A stretch of 63,493 bases of DNA from Malacoraja senta (lineage: Eukaryota), in contig JAXLNO010002817.1 in the NCBI GenBank assembly GCA_038087875.1, forward strand, positions 508-64,000, in the 5' to 3' direction. Numbering within the stretch: position 1 is the first letter of the stretch; each line of letters begins with the position of its first letter. A program made the translations under genes and the position numbers. The notes below the pieces were generated by a model. It ran no database searches. It saw only the letters and a program-made list of their open reading frames with translations, and was not told where the DNA came from. This document shows positions 44,201 through 59,200 of this stretch, one piece after another.

Positions 44201-47200
44201 AAAGGTGGTTTGGATTGAAAATGCAAATGGTGGTTTGGTTTGGAAATGCAAAAGGTGGTTTGCTTTGAAAATGCAAAACGTAGTTTGCTATGAAAATGCA
44301 AAAGGAGGTGTAATATGAAAATGCAAAAGATTTGCTTTGAAGATGCAAAAGATTTGCTTTGACAATGCAAACGGTTTGCTTTGAAAATGCAAATGAAGGT
44401 TTGCTTTGAAAATGCAAATGGTGGTTTGGTCTGAAAATGCATAAGGTGGTTTTGTTTGAAAATGCAAATGGTGGTTAGGTTTGTAAATGCAAATGGTGGT
44501 TTGGTTTGAAAATGCAAATGGTGGTTTGTTTTGAAAATGCAAATGGCTTGCTTTGAAAATGCAAACGGTATGCATTAAAATTGCAAAAGGTTTGCTTTGA
44601 AAATGCAAAAGGTGGTTAGCTTTGAAATTGTAAAAGGTGGTTTGGTTTGAAAATGCAAATGGTGGTTTGGTTTGGAAATGCATAATGTGGTTTGGTTTGA
44701 AAATGGAAAAAGGTTTGCTTTAACAATGCAAAAGATTTGCTTTCAAAATGCAAAAGTTACTTTGCTTTGAGAATGCAAAAGTTGGTTTGGCTTGAAAAAT
44801 GCAAATGGTGGTTTGGTTTGAAAATGCAAATGGTGGTTTCGTTTGAAAATGCAAAACGTTTGGTGTGAAAATGCAAAAGGTTTGCTATGAAAATGCAAAA
44901 GGTGGTTTGCTTTGAAAATGCAAAACGTGGTTTGTTATCAAAATGCAAAAGGAGGTTTGTTATGAAAATGCAAAAGGTTTGCTTTAAAAATGTAAAGGTT
45001 TGCTTTGAAATGCAAAAGGTTTGCTTTGAAAGTGCAAAAGGTTTGCTTTGAAAATGCAAAGGAGGTTTGGTTTGAAAATGCAAAAGGAGGCTTGGTTTGA
45101 AAATGCAAATGGAGGTTTGGTTTGAAAATGGAAATGTGGTTTTGTTTGAAAATGCAAAGGGTTTGCTTTGAAAATGCAAATGAAGGTTTGCTTTGAAAAT
45201 GCAAATGGTGGTTTGGTTTGAAAATGCAAATGGTGGTTTGGTTTGAAAATGCAAATGGTGGTTTGAAAATGCAAATGGTGGTTTGGTTTGTAAATGCAAA
45301 AGGCTTGCTTTGAAAATGCAAAGGGTATGCTTTGAAATTGCAAAATGTTTGCTTTGTAAATGCAAAAGGTGGTTTGCTTTGAAATTGTAAAAGGTGGTTT
45401 GGTTTGAAAATAGAAATGATGGTTTGGTTTGGAAATGCAAAAGGTGGTTTGGTTTGAAAATGGAAAAAGGTTTGCTTTAAGAATGCAAAAGATTTGCTTT
45501 GATAATGCAAAAGGTGGTTTGATTTGAAAATGCAAATGGTGGTTTGGTTTGAAATTGCAAATGGTGGTTTCGTTTGAAAATGCAAAACGTTTGGTGTGTA
45601 ATGCAAAAGGTTTGGTTTGAAAATGCAATCGGTGCTTTGGTTTGAAATTGCAATTGGTGGTTGGGTTTGAAAATGCAAATGGTGGTTTGGTTTGGAAATG
45701 CAAAAGGTGGTTTGGATTGAAAATGCAAAAGGTTTGCTGTGAAAATGCAAAAAGTTTGCTTTGAAAATGCAAAAGGAGGTTTGCTTTGGAAATACAAAAG
45801 GTGGTTTGCTTTATGCAAACGGTGGTTTGCTTTGTAAATGCAAAAGGAGGTTGGCGTTGAAAATGCAAAAAGTTGGTTTGCTTTGAAAATGCAAAAGGTT
45901 TGCTTTGAAAATGCAAAAGATTTGCTTTGAAAATGCAAAGGATTTGCTTTGAAAATGCAAAGGATTTGCTTTGAAAATGCAAAAGATTTGCTTTGAAAAT
46001 GCAAAGGGAACTTTGGTTTGAAATGCAAAAGATGTTTGGTTTCAAAATGCAAAAGGTGGTTTGGTTTGAAAATGCAAATGGTGCTTTGGTTTAAAAATGC
46101 AAATGGTGGTTTGGTTTGAAAATACAAATGGTGGTCTGGTTTGAAAATGCAAAAGGTTTGCTCTGGCAATGCAAAAGGTTTGCTTTGAAAATGCAAAAGG
46201 CATGCTTTGAAAATGCAAAAGGTGGTTTGCTTTGAAAATGCAAAATGTGGTTTGCGTTGAAAATGCAAAAGGTGGTTTGCTATGAAAATGCAAAAGGTTT
46301 GCTGTGAAAATGCAAAAAGTTTGCTTTGAAAATGCAAAAGGAGGTTTGCTTTGGAAATACAAAAGGTGGTTTCCTTTATGCAAACGGTGGTTTGCTTTGT
46401 AAATGCAAAAGGAGGTTGGCGTTGAAAATGCAAAATGTTGGTTTGCTTTGAAAATGCAAAAGGTTTGCTTTGAAAATGCAAAAGATTTGCTTTGAAAATG
46501 CAAAGGATTTGCTTTGAAAATGCAAAAGATTTGCTTTGAAAATGCAAAGGGAACTTTGGTTTGAAAATGCAAAAGATGTTTGGTTTGAAAATGCAAAAGG
46601 TGGTTTGGTTTGAAAATGGAAAAGGTTTGCTACGAGAATGCAAAAGGTTTGTTTTGAAAATGCAAAAGTTGGTTTGCTTTGAGAATGCAAAAGGTTTGCT
46701 TTGAAAATGCAAAATGTGGTTTGGTTTGAAAATGCAATTGGTGCTTTGGTTTGAAATTGCAATTGGTGGTTTGCTTTGAAAATGCAAAAGGAGGTTGGCG
46801 TTGAAAATGCAAAAAGTTGGTTTGCTTTGAAAATGCAAAAGGTTGTTTGCTATGAAAATGCAAAAGGTGGTATGATATGAAAATGTAAAAAGGTTTGCTT
46901 TGAAAATGCAATGGTTTGCTTTGAAAATGCAAAAGATTTGCTTTGAAAATGCAAAAGGAAGTTTGGTTTGAAAATGCAAAAGAGGTTTGGTTTGAAAATG
47001 TAAAAGGTGGTTGGGTTTGAAAATGCAAATGGTGCTTTGGTTTGAAAATACAAATGGTGGTTTGGTTTGAAAACACAAATGGTGGTCTGGTTTGAAAATG
47101 CAAAAGGTTTGCTTTGGCAATGCAAAAGGTTTGCTTTGAAAATGCAAAAGGCATGCTTTGAAAATGCAAAAGGTGGTTTGCTTTGAAAATGCAAAATGTG

Positions 47201-50200
47201 GTTTGCGTTGAAATTGCAAAAGGTGGTTTGCTATGAAAATGCAAAAGGTTGTGTGCTATGAAAATGCAAAAGGTTTGCTTTGAAAATGCAAAGGTTTGCT
47301 TAGAAAATGCAAAAGGTTGGTTGCTTTACGCAAACGGTGGTTTGCTTTGGAAATACAAATGGTGGTTAGCGTTGAAAATGCAAAAGGTGGTTTGCTTTAA
47401 AATTGCAAAAAGGTGGTTTTAGCATTGAAAATGCGAAAGGTGATTTACTATGAATTTGCAAAAGGTAGTTTGCTAGGTAAATGCAAAAGGATTGCTTTGA
47501 AAATGCAAAAAGGTGGTTTGCTTTGAAAATGCAAAAGGAGTATTCGTTTGAAAATACAAAAGGAGGTCTGGTTTGCAAATGCAAAAGGAGGTTTGGTTTG
47601 AAAATGCAAATGGTGCTTTGGTTTGAAATTGCAATTGGTGGTTTGCTTTGAAAATGCAAAAGGAGGTTGGAGTTGAAAATGCAAAAAGTTGGTTTGCTTT
47701 GAAAATGCAAAAGGTTGTTTGCTATGAAAATGCAAAAGGTGGTATGATATGAAAATGTAAAAAGGTTTGCTTTGAAAATGCAATGGTTTGCTTTGAAAAT
47801 GCAAAAGATTTGCTTTGAAAATGCAAAAGGAAGTTTGGTTTGAAAATGCAAAAGAGGTTTGGTTTGAAAATGCAAAAGGTGGTTGGGTTTGAAAATGCAA
47901 ATGGTGCTTTGGTTTGAAAATGCAAATGGTGGTTTGGTTTGAAAATACAAATGGTGGTCTGGTTTGAAAATGCAAAAGGTTTGCTTTGGCAATGCAAAAG
48001 GTTTGCTTTGAAAATGCAAAAGGAATGCTTTGAAAATGCAAAAGGTGGTTTGCTTTGAAAATGCAAAATGTGGTTTGCGTTGAAAATGCAAAAGGTGGTT
48101 TGCTATGAAAATGCAAAAGGTAGTGTGCTATGAAAATGCAAAAGGTTTGCTTTGAAAATGCAAAGGTTTGCTTAGAAAATGCAAAAGGTTGGTTGCTTTA
48201 CGCAAACGGTGGTTTGCTTTGAAAATACTAATGGTGGTTAGCGTTGAAAATGCAAAAGGTGGTTTGCTTTAAAATTGTAAAAAGGTGGTTTTAGCTTTGA
48301 AAATGCAAAAGGTTGTTTACTGTGAATTTGCAAAAGGTAGTTTGCTATGTAACTGCAAAAGGTTTGCTTTGAAAATGCAAAAAGGTGGTTTGCTTTGAAA
48401 ATGCAAAAGGAGTTTTCGTTTGAAAATACAAAAGGAGGTCTGGTTTGCAAATGCAAAAGGAGGTTTGGTTTGAAAATGCAAAAGGTGGTTTGGTTTGAAA
48501 ATGGAAAAGGTTTGCTATGAGAACGCAAAATGTTTGCTTTGCAAATGCAAAAGGTTTGCTTCGAAATTGGAAATGTCGATTTGCTTCGAAAATGCAAATG
48601 GTGGTTGCTTTGAAAATGCAAAAGGTGGTTTGCTTTGAAAATGCAAAAGATGGTTTGCTTTGAAAATGACAACCGTGGTTTGCTATGAAATTGCAAAAGG
48701 TTTGCTTCGAAAATGCAAAAGGTGGTTTGCTGTTAAAGGCAAAAGGTGATTTGCTTTGAAAATGCAAAAGCTGGTTTGATTTGAAAATACAAAAGGTGGT
48801 TTGGTTTGAAAATGTAAATGGTGGTTTGGTTTGAAAATGCAAAAGGTTTGTTTTGAAAATGCAAATGGTTTGCTTTGAAAATGCAAAAGTTGGTTTGCTT
48901 TGAAAATGCAAAAGTTGGTTTGGTTTGAAAATGCAAATGGTGGTTTGGTTTGAAAATGCAAATGGTGGTTTGGTTTGAAAATGGAGATGGGTTGCTATGA
49001 GAATGCAAAATGTTTGCTTTGAAAATGCAAAAGGTTTGCTTCGAAAATGCAAATGGCGGTTTGCTTCTAAAATGCAAATGGTGGTTTGCTTTGAAAATGC
49101 AATGCAGGTTTGCCTTAAAATGCAAAATGTGGTTTGCTTTGAAAATGCAAAAGGTGGTTTGCTTTGGAAATATAAAAGGTTGTTTGCCTTGAAAATGCGA
49201 AAGGTGATTTGCTTTAAAAATGCAAAGGTTTGCTTTGAAAATGCAAAAGGTGGTTTGCTGTGAAAATGCAAAAGGTGGTTTGCTTTGAAAATGCAAAAAG
49301 GTGGTTTGCGGTGAAAATGTAAATGGTGGTTTGGTTTGAAAATGCAAAAGGATTGAGTTGAAAATGCAAAAGGTTTGCTTTCAAAATGCAAAAGGTGGTT
49401 TGCTTTGACAATGCAAAAGGTGGTTTGGTTTGAAAATGCAAATGGTGGTTTGGTTTGGAAATGCAAATGTAAAATGTTTGCATTGCAAATACATAAGGTT
49501 TGCTTTAAAAATGCAAAGGTGGTTTGCTTTGAAAATGCAAAAGATAGTTTGCTTTGAAAATGTAAAAGGTGGTTTGTTTTGAAAATGCAAAAGGTGGTTT
49601 GCTTTGAAAATGCAAAAGGTGGTTTGCTTTGAAAATGCAAAAGGTGGTTTGCTATCAAAATGCGAAACATTTGAATAGAAAATGCAAAAGCTTTGCTTTA
49701 AAAATGCAAAGATTTGCTTTGAAAATGCAAAAGGTGGTTTGCTTTGACAATGCAAAAGGTGGTTTGCTTTGAAACTGCAAAAGGTGGTTTCCTTTGAAAA
49801 TGCAAAAGGTGGTTTGCTGCAAAAGGTGGATTAGTTTGAAAATGCAAATGGTGGTTTTGTTTGGAAAAGCAACGTGATTTGGTTTGAAAATGCAAATGGT
49901 GTTTTGATTCGAAAATGCAAAAGGTGGTTTGCTTTGAAAATGCAAAATGTAGTTTGCTTTGAAAATTCAAAACGTGGTTTGCTATGAAAATGCAAATGGT
50001 GGTTTACTATGAAAATGCAAAAGGTTTGCTTGAAAAATGCAAAAGGTGTGGTTTAAAAATGCCAAAGGTGTGGTTTGAAAATGCAAAAGGGTTGCTTTGA
50101 AAGTGCAAAAGGTGGTTCGCATTGAAAATGCAAAAGGTGGTTTGTTTTGAAAATGCAAATTGTGGTTTGGTTTGAAAATGCAAAATGTTTGGTTTGAAAA

Positions 50201-53200
50201 TGCAAACGGTTTGGATTGAAAATGCAAATGGTGGTTTGGTTTGAAAATGCACAAGGTGGTTTGGTTTGAAAATGCAAAAGGTTGTTTGGTTTGAAAATGC
50301 AAATGGTGGTTTGGTTTGAATATGCAAAATGTTTGCTTTGAAAATGCAAATGGTTTGCTTTGAAAATGCAAAACGAGGTTTGCTTTGAAAATGGAAAAGG
50401 TGGCTTGGTTTGAAAATGCAAATGGTGGTTTGGTTTGAAAATGCAAAAGGAGCTTTGGTTTAAAAATGCAAATGGTGCTTTGGTTTGAAAATGCAAAAGG
50501 TTTACATTTAAAATGCAAATGGTTTGCTTTGAAAATGTAAAAGGTGGTTTGCTTTGAAAATGCAAAAGAAGGTTTGCTTTGAAAATGCCAAAGGTGGTTT
50601 GCTTTGAAAATGCAAAAGGTAGTTTGCTTTGAAAATGTAAAAGGTGGTTTGCTTTGAAAATGCAAAAGGTGGTTTGCTTTGAAAATGCAAAAGGTGGTTT
50701 GCTTTGAAAATGGAAAAGGTTTGCTATGAGAATGCAAAAGGTTTGTTTTGAAAATGCAAAAGTTGGTTTGCTTTGAGAATGCAAAAGGTTTGCTTTGAAA
50801 ATGCAAAATGTGGTTTGGTTTGAAAATGCAAATTGTGGTTTAGTTTGAAAATGGAAAAGGGTTGCTATTAGAATACAAAATGTTTGCTTTGCAAATGCAA
50901 AAGGTTTGCTTCGAAATTGGAAATGGCGATTTGCTTCGAAAATGCAAATGGTGGTTGCTTTGAAAATGCAAAAGGTGGTTTGCTGTTAAAGGCAAAAGGT
51001 GATTTGCTTTGAAAATGCAAAAGCTGGTTTGATTTGAAAATACAAAAGGTGGTTTGGTTTGAAAATGTAAATGGTGGTTTGGTTTGAAAATGCAAAAGGT
51101 TTGTTTTGAAAATGCAAATGGTTTGCTTTGAAAATGCAAAAGTAGGTTTGCTTTGAAAATGCAAAAGTTGGTTTGGTTTGAAAATGCAAATGGTGGTTTG
51201 GTTTGAAAATGCAAATGGTGGTTTGGTTTGAAAATGGAGATGGGTTGCTATGAGAATGCAAAATGTTTGCTTCGAAATGCAAAAGGTTTGCTTCGAAAAT
51301 GCAAATGGTGTTTTGCTTTGAAAATGCAATGCAGGTTTGCCTTAAAATGCAAAATGTGGTTTGCTTTGAAAATGCAAAAGGTGGTTTGCTATGGAAATAT
51401 AAAAGGTGGTTTGCCTTGAAAATGCGAAAGGTGATTTGCTTTAAAAATGCAAAGGTTTGCTTTGAAAATGCAAAAGGTGGTTTGCTGTGAAAATGCAAAA
51501 GGTGGTTTGCTTTGAAAATGCAAAAGGTGGTTTGCTGTGAAAATGTAAATGGTGGTTTGGTTTGAAAATGCAAAAGGATTGGGTTGAAAATGCAAAAGGT
51601 TTGCTTTCAAAATGCAAAAGGTGGTTTGCTTTGACAATGCAAAAGGTGGTTTGGTTTGAAAATGCAAATGGTGGTTTGGTTTGGAAATGCAAATGTAAGA
51701 TGTTTGCATTGCAAATACATAAGGTTTGCTTTAAAAATGCAAAGGTGGTTTGCTTTGAAAATGCAAAAGATAGTTTGCTTTGAAAATGTAAAAGGTGGTT
51801 TGTTTTGAAAATGCAAAAGGTGGTTTGCTTTGAAAATGAAAAAGGTGGTTTGCTTTGAAAATGCAAAAGGTGGTTTGCTTTGAAAATGTAAACCGTGGTT
51901 TGCTATGAAAATGCAAAACATTTGAATAGAAAATGCAAAAGCTTTGCTTTAAAAATGCAAAGATTTGCTTTGAAAATGCAAAAGGTGGTTTGCTTTGACA
52001 ATGCAAAAGGTGGTTTGCTTTGAAACTGCAAAAGGTGGTTTCCTTTGAAAATGCAAAAGGTGGTTTGCTGCAAAAGGTGGATTAGTTAGAAAATGCAAAT
52101 GGTGGTTTTGTTTGGAAGAGCAACGTGATTTGGTTTGAAAATGCAAATGGTGTTTTGATTCGAAAATGCAAAAGGTGGTTTGCTTTGAAAATGCAAAATG
52201 TAGTTTGCTTTGAAAATTCAAAACGTGGTTTGCTATGAAAATGCAAATGGTGGTTTACTATGAAAATGCAAAAGGTTTGCTTGAAAAATGCAAAAGGTGT
52301 GGTTTAAAAATGCCAAAGGTGTGGTTTGAAAATGCAAAAGGGTTGCTTTGAAAGTGCAAAAGGTGGTTCGCATTGAAAATGCAAAAGGTGGTTTGTTTTG
52401 AAAATGCAAATTGTGGTTTGGTTTGAAAATGCAAAATGTTTGGTTTGAAAATGCAAACGGTTTGGATTGAAAATGCAAATGGTGGTTTGGTTTGAAAATG
52501 CACAAGGTGGTTTGGTTTGAAAATGCAAAAGGTTGTTTGGTTTGAAAATGCAAATGGTGGTTTGGTTTGAATATGCAAAATGTTTGCTTTGAAAATGCAA
52601 ATGGTTTGCTTTGAAAATGCAAAACGAGGTTTGCTTTGAAAATGGAAAAGGTGGCTTGGTTTGAAAATGCAAATGGTGGTTTGGTTTGAAAATGCAAAAG
52701 GAGCTTTGGTTTAAAAATGCAAATGGTGCTTTGGTTTGAAAATGCAAAAGGTTTACATTTAAAATGCAAATGGTTTGCTTTGAAAATGTAAAAGGTGGTT
52801 TGCTTTGAAAATGCAAAAGAAGGTTTGCTTTGAAAATGCCAAAGGTGGTTTGCTTTGAAAATGCAAAAGGTAGCTTGCTTTGAAAATGTAAAAGGTGGTT
52901 TGCTTTGAAAATGCAAAAGGTGGTTTGCTTTGAAAATGCAAAAGGTGGTTTGCTTTGAAAAATGCAAAAGGTGGTTTGCTTTGAAAATGTAAACCGTGGT
53001 TTGCTATGAAATTGCAAAACATTTGCATAGAAAATGCAAAAGGTATGCATTAAAAATGCAAAGATTTGCTTTGAAAATGCAAAAGGTGGTTTGCTTTGAC
53101 AATGCAAAAGGTGGTTTGCTTTGAAACTGCAAAAGGGGGTCTCCTTTGAAATTGCAAAAGGTGGTTTGCTTCGAAAATGCAAAAGTGGATTAGTTTGAAA

Positions 53201-56200
53201 ATGCAAATGGTGGTTTTGTTTGGAAATGCAATAGGTGGATTGCTTTGAAAATGCAAATGGTGGTTTGGTTTGAAAATGCAACATGATTTGGTTTGAAAAT
53301 GCAAATGGTGGTTTGGTTTGAAAATGCAAAATGAGGTTTGGTTTGGAAATGCAAATGGTGGTTTGCTCTGAAAATGCAAATGGTGGTTTGGTTTGAAAAT
53401 GCACACGCTGGTTTGGTTTGAAAATGAAAACGGTGGTTTGGTTTGGACATGCAAAAGGTTGCATTGAAAATGCATAAAGGTTTGCTTTAAAAAATGCAAA
53501 GGTTTGCTTTGAAAATGCAAAAGGAGATTTGGTTTGAAAATTCAAAAGGTGGTTTGCGTCGAAAATGCAAAAGTTGGTTTAGTTTGAAAATGCAAATGGT
53601 GGTTTTGTTTGGAAATGCAAAAGGTGGTTTGCTTTGAAAATGGAAATGTTGGTTTGGTTTGAAAATGCAACGTGATTTGGTTTGAAAATGCAAATGGTGA
53701 TTTAGTTTGAAATTGCAAAAGGAGGTTTGGTTTGAAAATGCAAATGGTGGTTTGCTTTGAAAATGCAAAAGGTGGTTTGCTATGAAAGTTTAAAAGGTGG
53801 TTTGCTTTGAAAATGCAAAAGGTGGTTTCCTTTGAAAATGCAAATGATGTTTTGCTTTGAAAATGCAAAACGTGGTTTGGTTTGAAAATGCAAGTTGTAG
53901 TTTGGTTCGAAAATGCAAATGGTGGTTTGGTTTTGAAATGCAAAAGGAGGTTTGGTTTGAAAATGCAAATGGTGGTTTTGTTTGAAAATGCAAATGATGG
54001 TTTGGTTTGAAAATGCAAGTTGTAGTTTGGTTCGGAAATGCAAATTGTGGTTTGGTTTGAAAATGCAAAAGGAGGTTTGGTATGAAAATGCAAATGGTGG
54101 TTTGCTTTGAAAATGCAAAAGGTGGTTTGCTATGAAAATGTAAAAGGTGGTTTGCTTTGAAAATGCAAAAGGTGGTTTCCTTTGAAAATGCAAAAGATAG
54201 TTTGCTTTGAAAATGCAAAAGGTGGTTTTCTTTATGCAAACGGTGGTTTGATTTGAAAATGCAGAAGGTGGTTTGCTATGAAAATGCAAAAGGTGGCGCT
54301 TTGAAAATGCAAAAGTTGGTTTGCTTTGAAAATGCAAAAGGTGGCTTGCTATGAAAATGCAAAAGATGGTTTGCTATGAAAATGCATAAGGTTTGCATTG
54401 AAAATAGAAAAGGTTTGCTTTAAAAATGCAAAGGTTTGCTTTGAAAATGCAAAAGGTTTGGTTAGAAAATGCAAAAGGTGGTTTGTTTTCAAAATGTAAA
54501 TTGTGGTTTCGTTTGAAAATGCTAAAGGATTGGTTTGAAAATGCAAAAGGTTTGCTTTGAAAATGCAAAAGATGGTTTGCTTTGAAAATGCAAAAGGTGG
54601 TTTGGATTGAAAATGCAAATGGTGGTTTGGTTTGGAAATGCAAAAGGTGGTTTGCTTTGAAAATGCAAAACGTAGTTTGCTATGAAAATGCAAAAGGAGG
54701 TGTGATATGAAAATGCAAAAGATTTGCTTTGAAGATGCAAAAGATTTGCTTTGACAATGCAAACGGTTTGCTTTGAAAATGCAAATGAAGGTTTGCTTTG
54801 AAAATGCAAATGGTGGTTTGGTCTGAAAATGCATAAGGTGGTTTTGTTTGAAAATGCAAATGGTGGTTTGGTTTGGAAATGCATAATGTGGTTTGGTTTG
54901 AAAATGGAAAAAGGTTTGCTTTAAGAATGCAAAAGATTTGCTTTCAAAATGCAAAAGTTAATTTGCTTTGAGAATGCAAAAGTTGGTTTGGCTTGAAAAA
55001 TACAAATGGTGGTTTGGTTTGAAAATGCAAATGGTGGTTTCGTTTGAAAATGCAAAACGTTTGGTGTGAAAATGCAAAAGGTTTGCTATGAAAATGCAAA
55101 AGGTGGTTTGCTTTGAAAATGCAAAACGTGGTTTGCTATCAAAATGCAAAAGGAGTTTGTTATGAAAATGCAAAAGGTTTGCTTTAAAAATGTAAAGGTT
55201 TGCTTTGAAATGCAAAAGGTTTGCTTTGAAAGTGCAAAAGGTTTGCTTTGAAAATGCAAAGGAGGTTTGGTTTGAAAATGCAAAAGGAGGCTTGGTTTTT
55301 AAAATGCAAATGGAGGTTTGGTTTGAAAATGGAAATGTGGTTTTGTTTGAAAATGCAAAGGGTTTGCTTTGAAAATGGAAATGAAGGTTTGCTTTGAAAA
55401 TGCAAATGGTGGTTTGGTTTGAAAATGCAAATGGTGGTTTGGTTTGAAAATGCAAATGGTGGTTTGGTTTGAAAATGCAAATGGTGGTTTGAAAATGCAA
55501 ATGGTGGTTTGGTTTGTAAATGCAAAAGGCTTGCTTTGAAAATGCAAACGGTATGCCTTGAAATTGCAAAATGTTTGCTTTGTAAATGCAAAAGGTGGTT
55601 TGCTTTGAAATTGTAAAAGGTGGTTTGGTTTGAAAATGGAAATGATGGTTTGGTTTGGAAATGCAAAAGGTGGTTTGGTTTGAAAATGGAAAAAGGTTTG
55701 CTTTAAGAATGCAAAAGATTTGCTTTGATAATGCAAAAGGTGGTTTGATTTGAAAATGCAAATGGAGGTTTGGTTTGAAATTGCAAATGGTGGTTTCGTT
55801 TGAAAATGCAAAACGTTTGGTGTGAAAATGCAAAAGGTTTGGTTCGAAAATGCAATTGGTGCTTTGGTTTGAAATTGCAATTGGTGGTTGGGTTTGAAAA
55901 TGCAAATGGTGGTTTGGTTTGGAAATGCAAAAGGTGGTTTGGTTTGAAAATGCAAAAGGTTTGCTGTGAAAATGCAAAAAGTTTGCTTTGAAAATGCAAA
56001 AGGAGGTTTGCTTTGGAAATACAAAAGGTGGTTTGCTTTATGCAAACGGTGGTTTGCTTTGTAAATGCAAAAGGAGGTTGGCGTTGAAAATGCAAAAAGT
56101 TGGTTTGCTTTGAAAATGCAAAAGGTTTGCTTTGAAAATGCAAAAGATTTGCTTTGAAAATGCAAAGGATTTGCTTTGAAAATGCAAAAGATTTGCTTTG

Positions 56201-59200
56201 AAAATGCAAAGGGAACTTTGGTTTGAAATGCAAAAGATGTTTGGTTTGAAAATGCAAAAGGTGGTTTGGTTTGAAAATGCAAATGGTGCTTTGGTTTGAA
56301 AATGCAAATGGTGGTTTGGTTTGAAAATACAAATGGTGGTCTGGTTTGAAAATGCAAAAGGTTTGCTCTGGCAATGCAAAAGGTTTGCTTTGAAAATGCA
56401 AAAGGCATGCTTTGAAAATGCAAAAGGTGGTTTGCTTTGAAAATGCAAAATGTGGTTTGCGTTGAAAATGCAAAAGGTGGTTTGCTATGAAAATGCAAAA
56501 GGTAGTGTGCTATGAAATTGCAAAAGGTTTGCTTTGAAAATGCAAAGGTTTGCTTAGAAAATGCAAACGGTTGGTTGCTTTACGCAAACGGTGGTTTGCT
56601 TTGAAAATACAAATGGTGGTTAGCGTTGAAAATGCAAAAGGTGGTTTGCTTTAAAATTGCAAAAAGGTGGTTTTAGCTTTGAAAATGCAAAAGGTGATTT
56701 ACTATGAATTTGCAAAAGGTAGTTTGCTATGTAAATGCAAAAGGTTCGCTTTGAAAATGCAAATAGGTGGTTTGCTTTGAAAATGCAAAAGGAGTTTTCG
56801 TTTGAAAATAAAAAAGGAGGTCTGGTTTGCAAATGCAAAAGGATGTTTGGTTTGAAAATGCAAAATGTGGTTTGGTTTGAAAATGGAAAAGGTTTGCTAT
56901 GAGAATGCAAAAGGTTTGTTTTGAAAATGCAAAAGTTGGTTTGCTTTGAGAATGCAAAAGGTTTGCTTTGAAAATGCAAAATGTGGTTTGGTTTGAAAAT
57001 GCAATTGGTGCTTTGGTTTGAAATTGCAATTGGTGGTTTGCTTTGAAAATGCAAAAGGAGGTTGGCGTTGAAAATGCAAAAAGTTGGTTTGCTTTGAAAA
57101 TGCAAAAGGTTGTTTGCTATGAAAATGCAAAAGGTGGTATGATATGAAAATGTAAAAAGGTTTGCTTTGAAAATGCAATGGTTTGCTTTGAAAATGCAAA
57201 AGATTTGCTTTGAAAATGCAAAAGGAAGTTTGGTTTGAAAATGCAAAAGAGGTTTGGTTTGAAAATGCAAAAGGTGGTTGGGTTTGAAAATGCAAATGGT
57301 GCTTTGGTTTGAAAATGCAAATGGTGGTTTGGTTTGAATATACAAATGGTGGTCTGGTTTGAAAATGCAAAAGGTTTGCTTTGGCAATGCAAAAGGTTTG
57401 CTTTGAAAATGCAAAAGGCATGCTTTGAAAATGCAAAAGGTGGTTTGCTTTGAAAATGCAAAATGTGGTTTGCGTTGAAATTGCAAAAGGTGGTTTGCTA
57501 TGAAAATGCAAAAGGATGTGTGCTATGAAATTGCAAAAGGTTTGCTTTGAAAATGCAAAGGTTTGCTTAGAAAATGCAAACGGTTGGTTGCTTTACGCAA
57601 ACGGTGGTTTGCTTTGAAAATACAAATGGTGGTTAGCGTTGAAAATGCAAAAGGTGGTTTGCTTTAAAATTGCAAAAAGGTGGTTTTAGCTTTGAAAATG
57701 CAAAAGGTGATTTACTATGAATTTGCAAAAGGTAGTTTGCTATGTAAATGCAAAAGGTTCGCTTTGAAAATGCAAATAGGTGGTTTGCTTTGAAAATGCA
57801 AAAGGAGTTTTCGTTTGAAAATACAAAAGGAGGTCTGGTTTGCAAATGCAAAAGGAGGTTTGGTTTGAAAATGCAAAATGTGGTTTGGTTTGAAAATGGA
57901 AAAGGTTTGCTATGAGAATGCAAAAGGTTTGTTTTGAAAATGCAAAAGTTGGTTTGCTTTGAGAATGCAAAAGGTTTGCTTTGAAAATGCAAAATGTGGT
58001 TTGGTTTGAAAATGCAATTGGTGCTTTGGTTTGAAATTGCAATTGGTGGTTTGCTTTGAAAATGCAAAAGGAGGTTGGCGTTGAAAATGCAAAAAGTTGG
58101 TTTGCTTTGAAAATGCAAAAGGTTGTTTGCTATGAAAATGCAAAAGGTGGTATGATATGAAAATGTAAAAAGGTTTGCTTTGAAAATGCAATGGTTTGCT
58201 TTGAAAATGCAAAATATTTGCTTTGAAAATGCAAAAGGAAGTTTGGTTTGAAAATGCAAAAGAGGTTTGGTTTGAAAATGCAAAAGGTGGTTGGGTTTGA
58301 AAATGCAAATGGTGCTTTGGTTTGAAAATGCAAATGGTGGTTTGGTTTGAATATACAAATGGTGGTCTGGTTTGAAAATGCAAAAGGTTTGCTTTGGCAA
58401 TGCAAAAGGTTTGCTTTGAAAATGCAAAAGGCATGCTTTGAAAATGCAAAAGGTGGTTTGCTTTGAAAATGCAAAATGTGGTTTGCGTTGAAATTGCAAA
58501 AGGTGGTTTGCTATGAAAATGCAAAAGGTTGTGTGCTATGAAAATGCAAAAGGTTTGCTTTGAAAATGCAAAGGTTTGCTTAGAAAATGCAAAAGGTTGG
58601 TTGCTTTACGCAAACGGTGGTTTGCTTTGAAAATACAAATGGTGGTTAGCGTTGAAAATACAAAAGGTCTGGTTTGCAAATGCAAAAGGAGGTTTGGTTT
58701 GAAAATGCCAAAGGTGGTTTGGTTTGAAAATGGAAAAGGTTTGCTATGAGAATGCAAAAGGGTTGTTTTGAAAATGCAAAAGTTGGTTTGCTTTGAGAAT
58801 GCAAAAGGTTTGCTTTGAAAATGGAAAATGTGGTTTGGTTTGAAAATGCAAATTGTGGTTTAGTTTGAAAATGGAAAAGGGTTGCTATTAGAATGCAAAA
58901 TGTTTGCTTTGCAAATGCAAAAGGTTTGCTTCGAAATTGGAAATGGCGATTTGCTTCGAAAATGCAAATGGTGGTTACTTTGAAAATGCAAAAGTTGGTT
59001 TGCTTTGAAAATGCAAAAGGTGATTTGCTTTGAAAATGACAACCGTGGTTTGCTATGAAATTGCAAAAGGTTTGCTTTGCTGGTTTGCTGTTAAAGGCAA
59101 AAGGTGGTTTGCTGTTAAAGGCAAAAGGTGGTTTGCTTTGAAAATGCAAAAGCTGGTTTGATTTGAAAATACAAAAGGTGGTTTGGTTTGAAAATGTAAA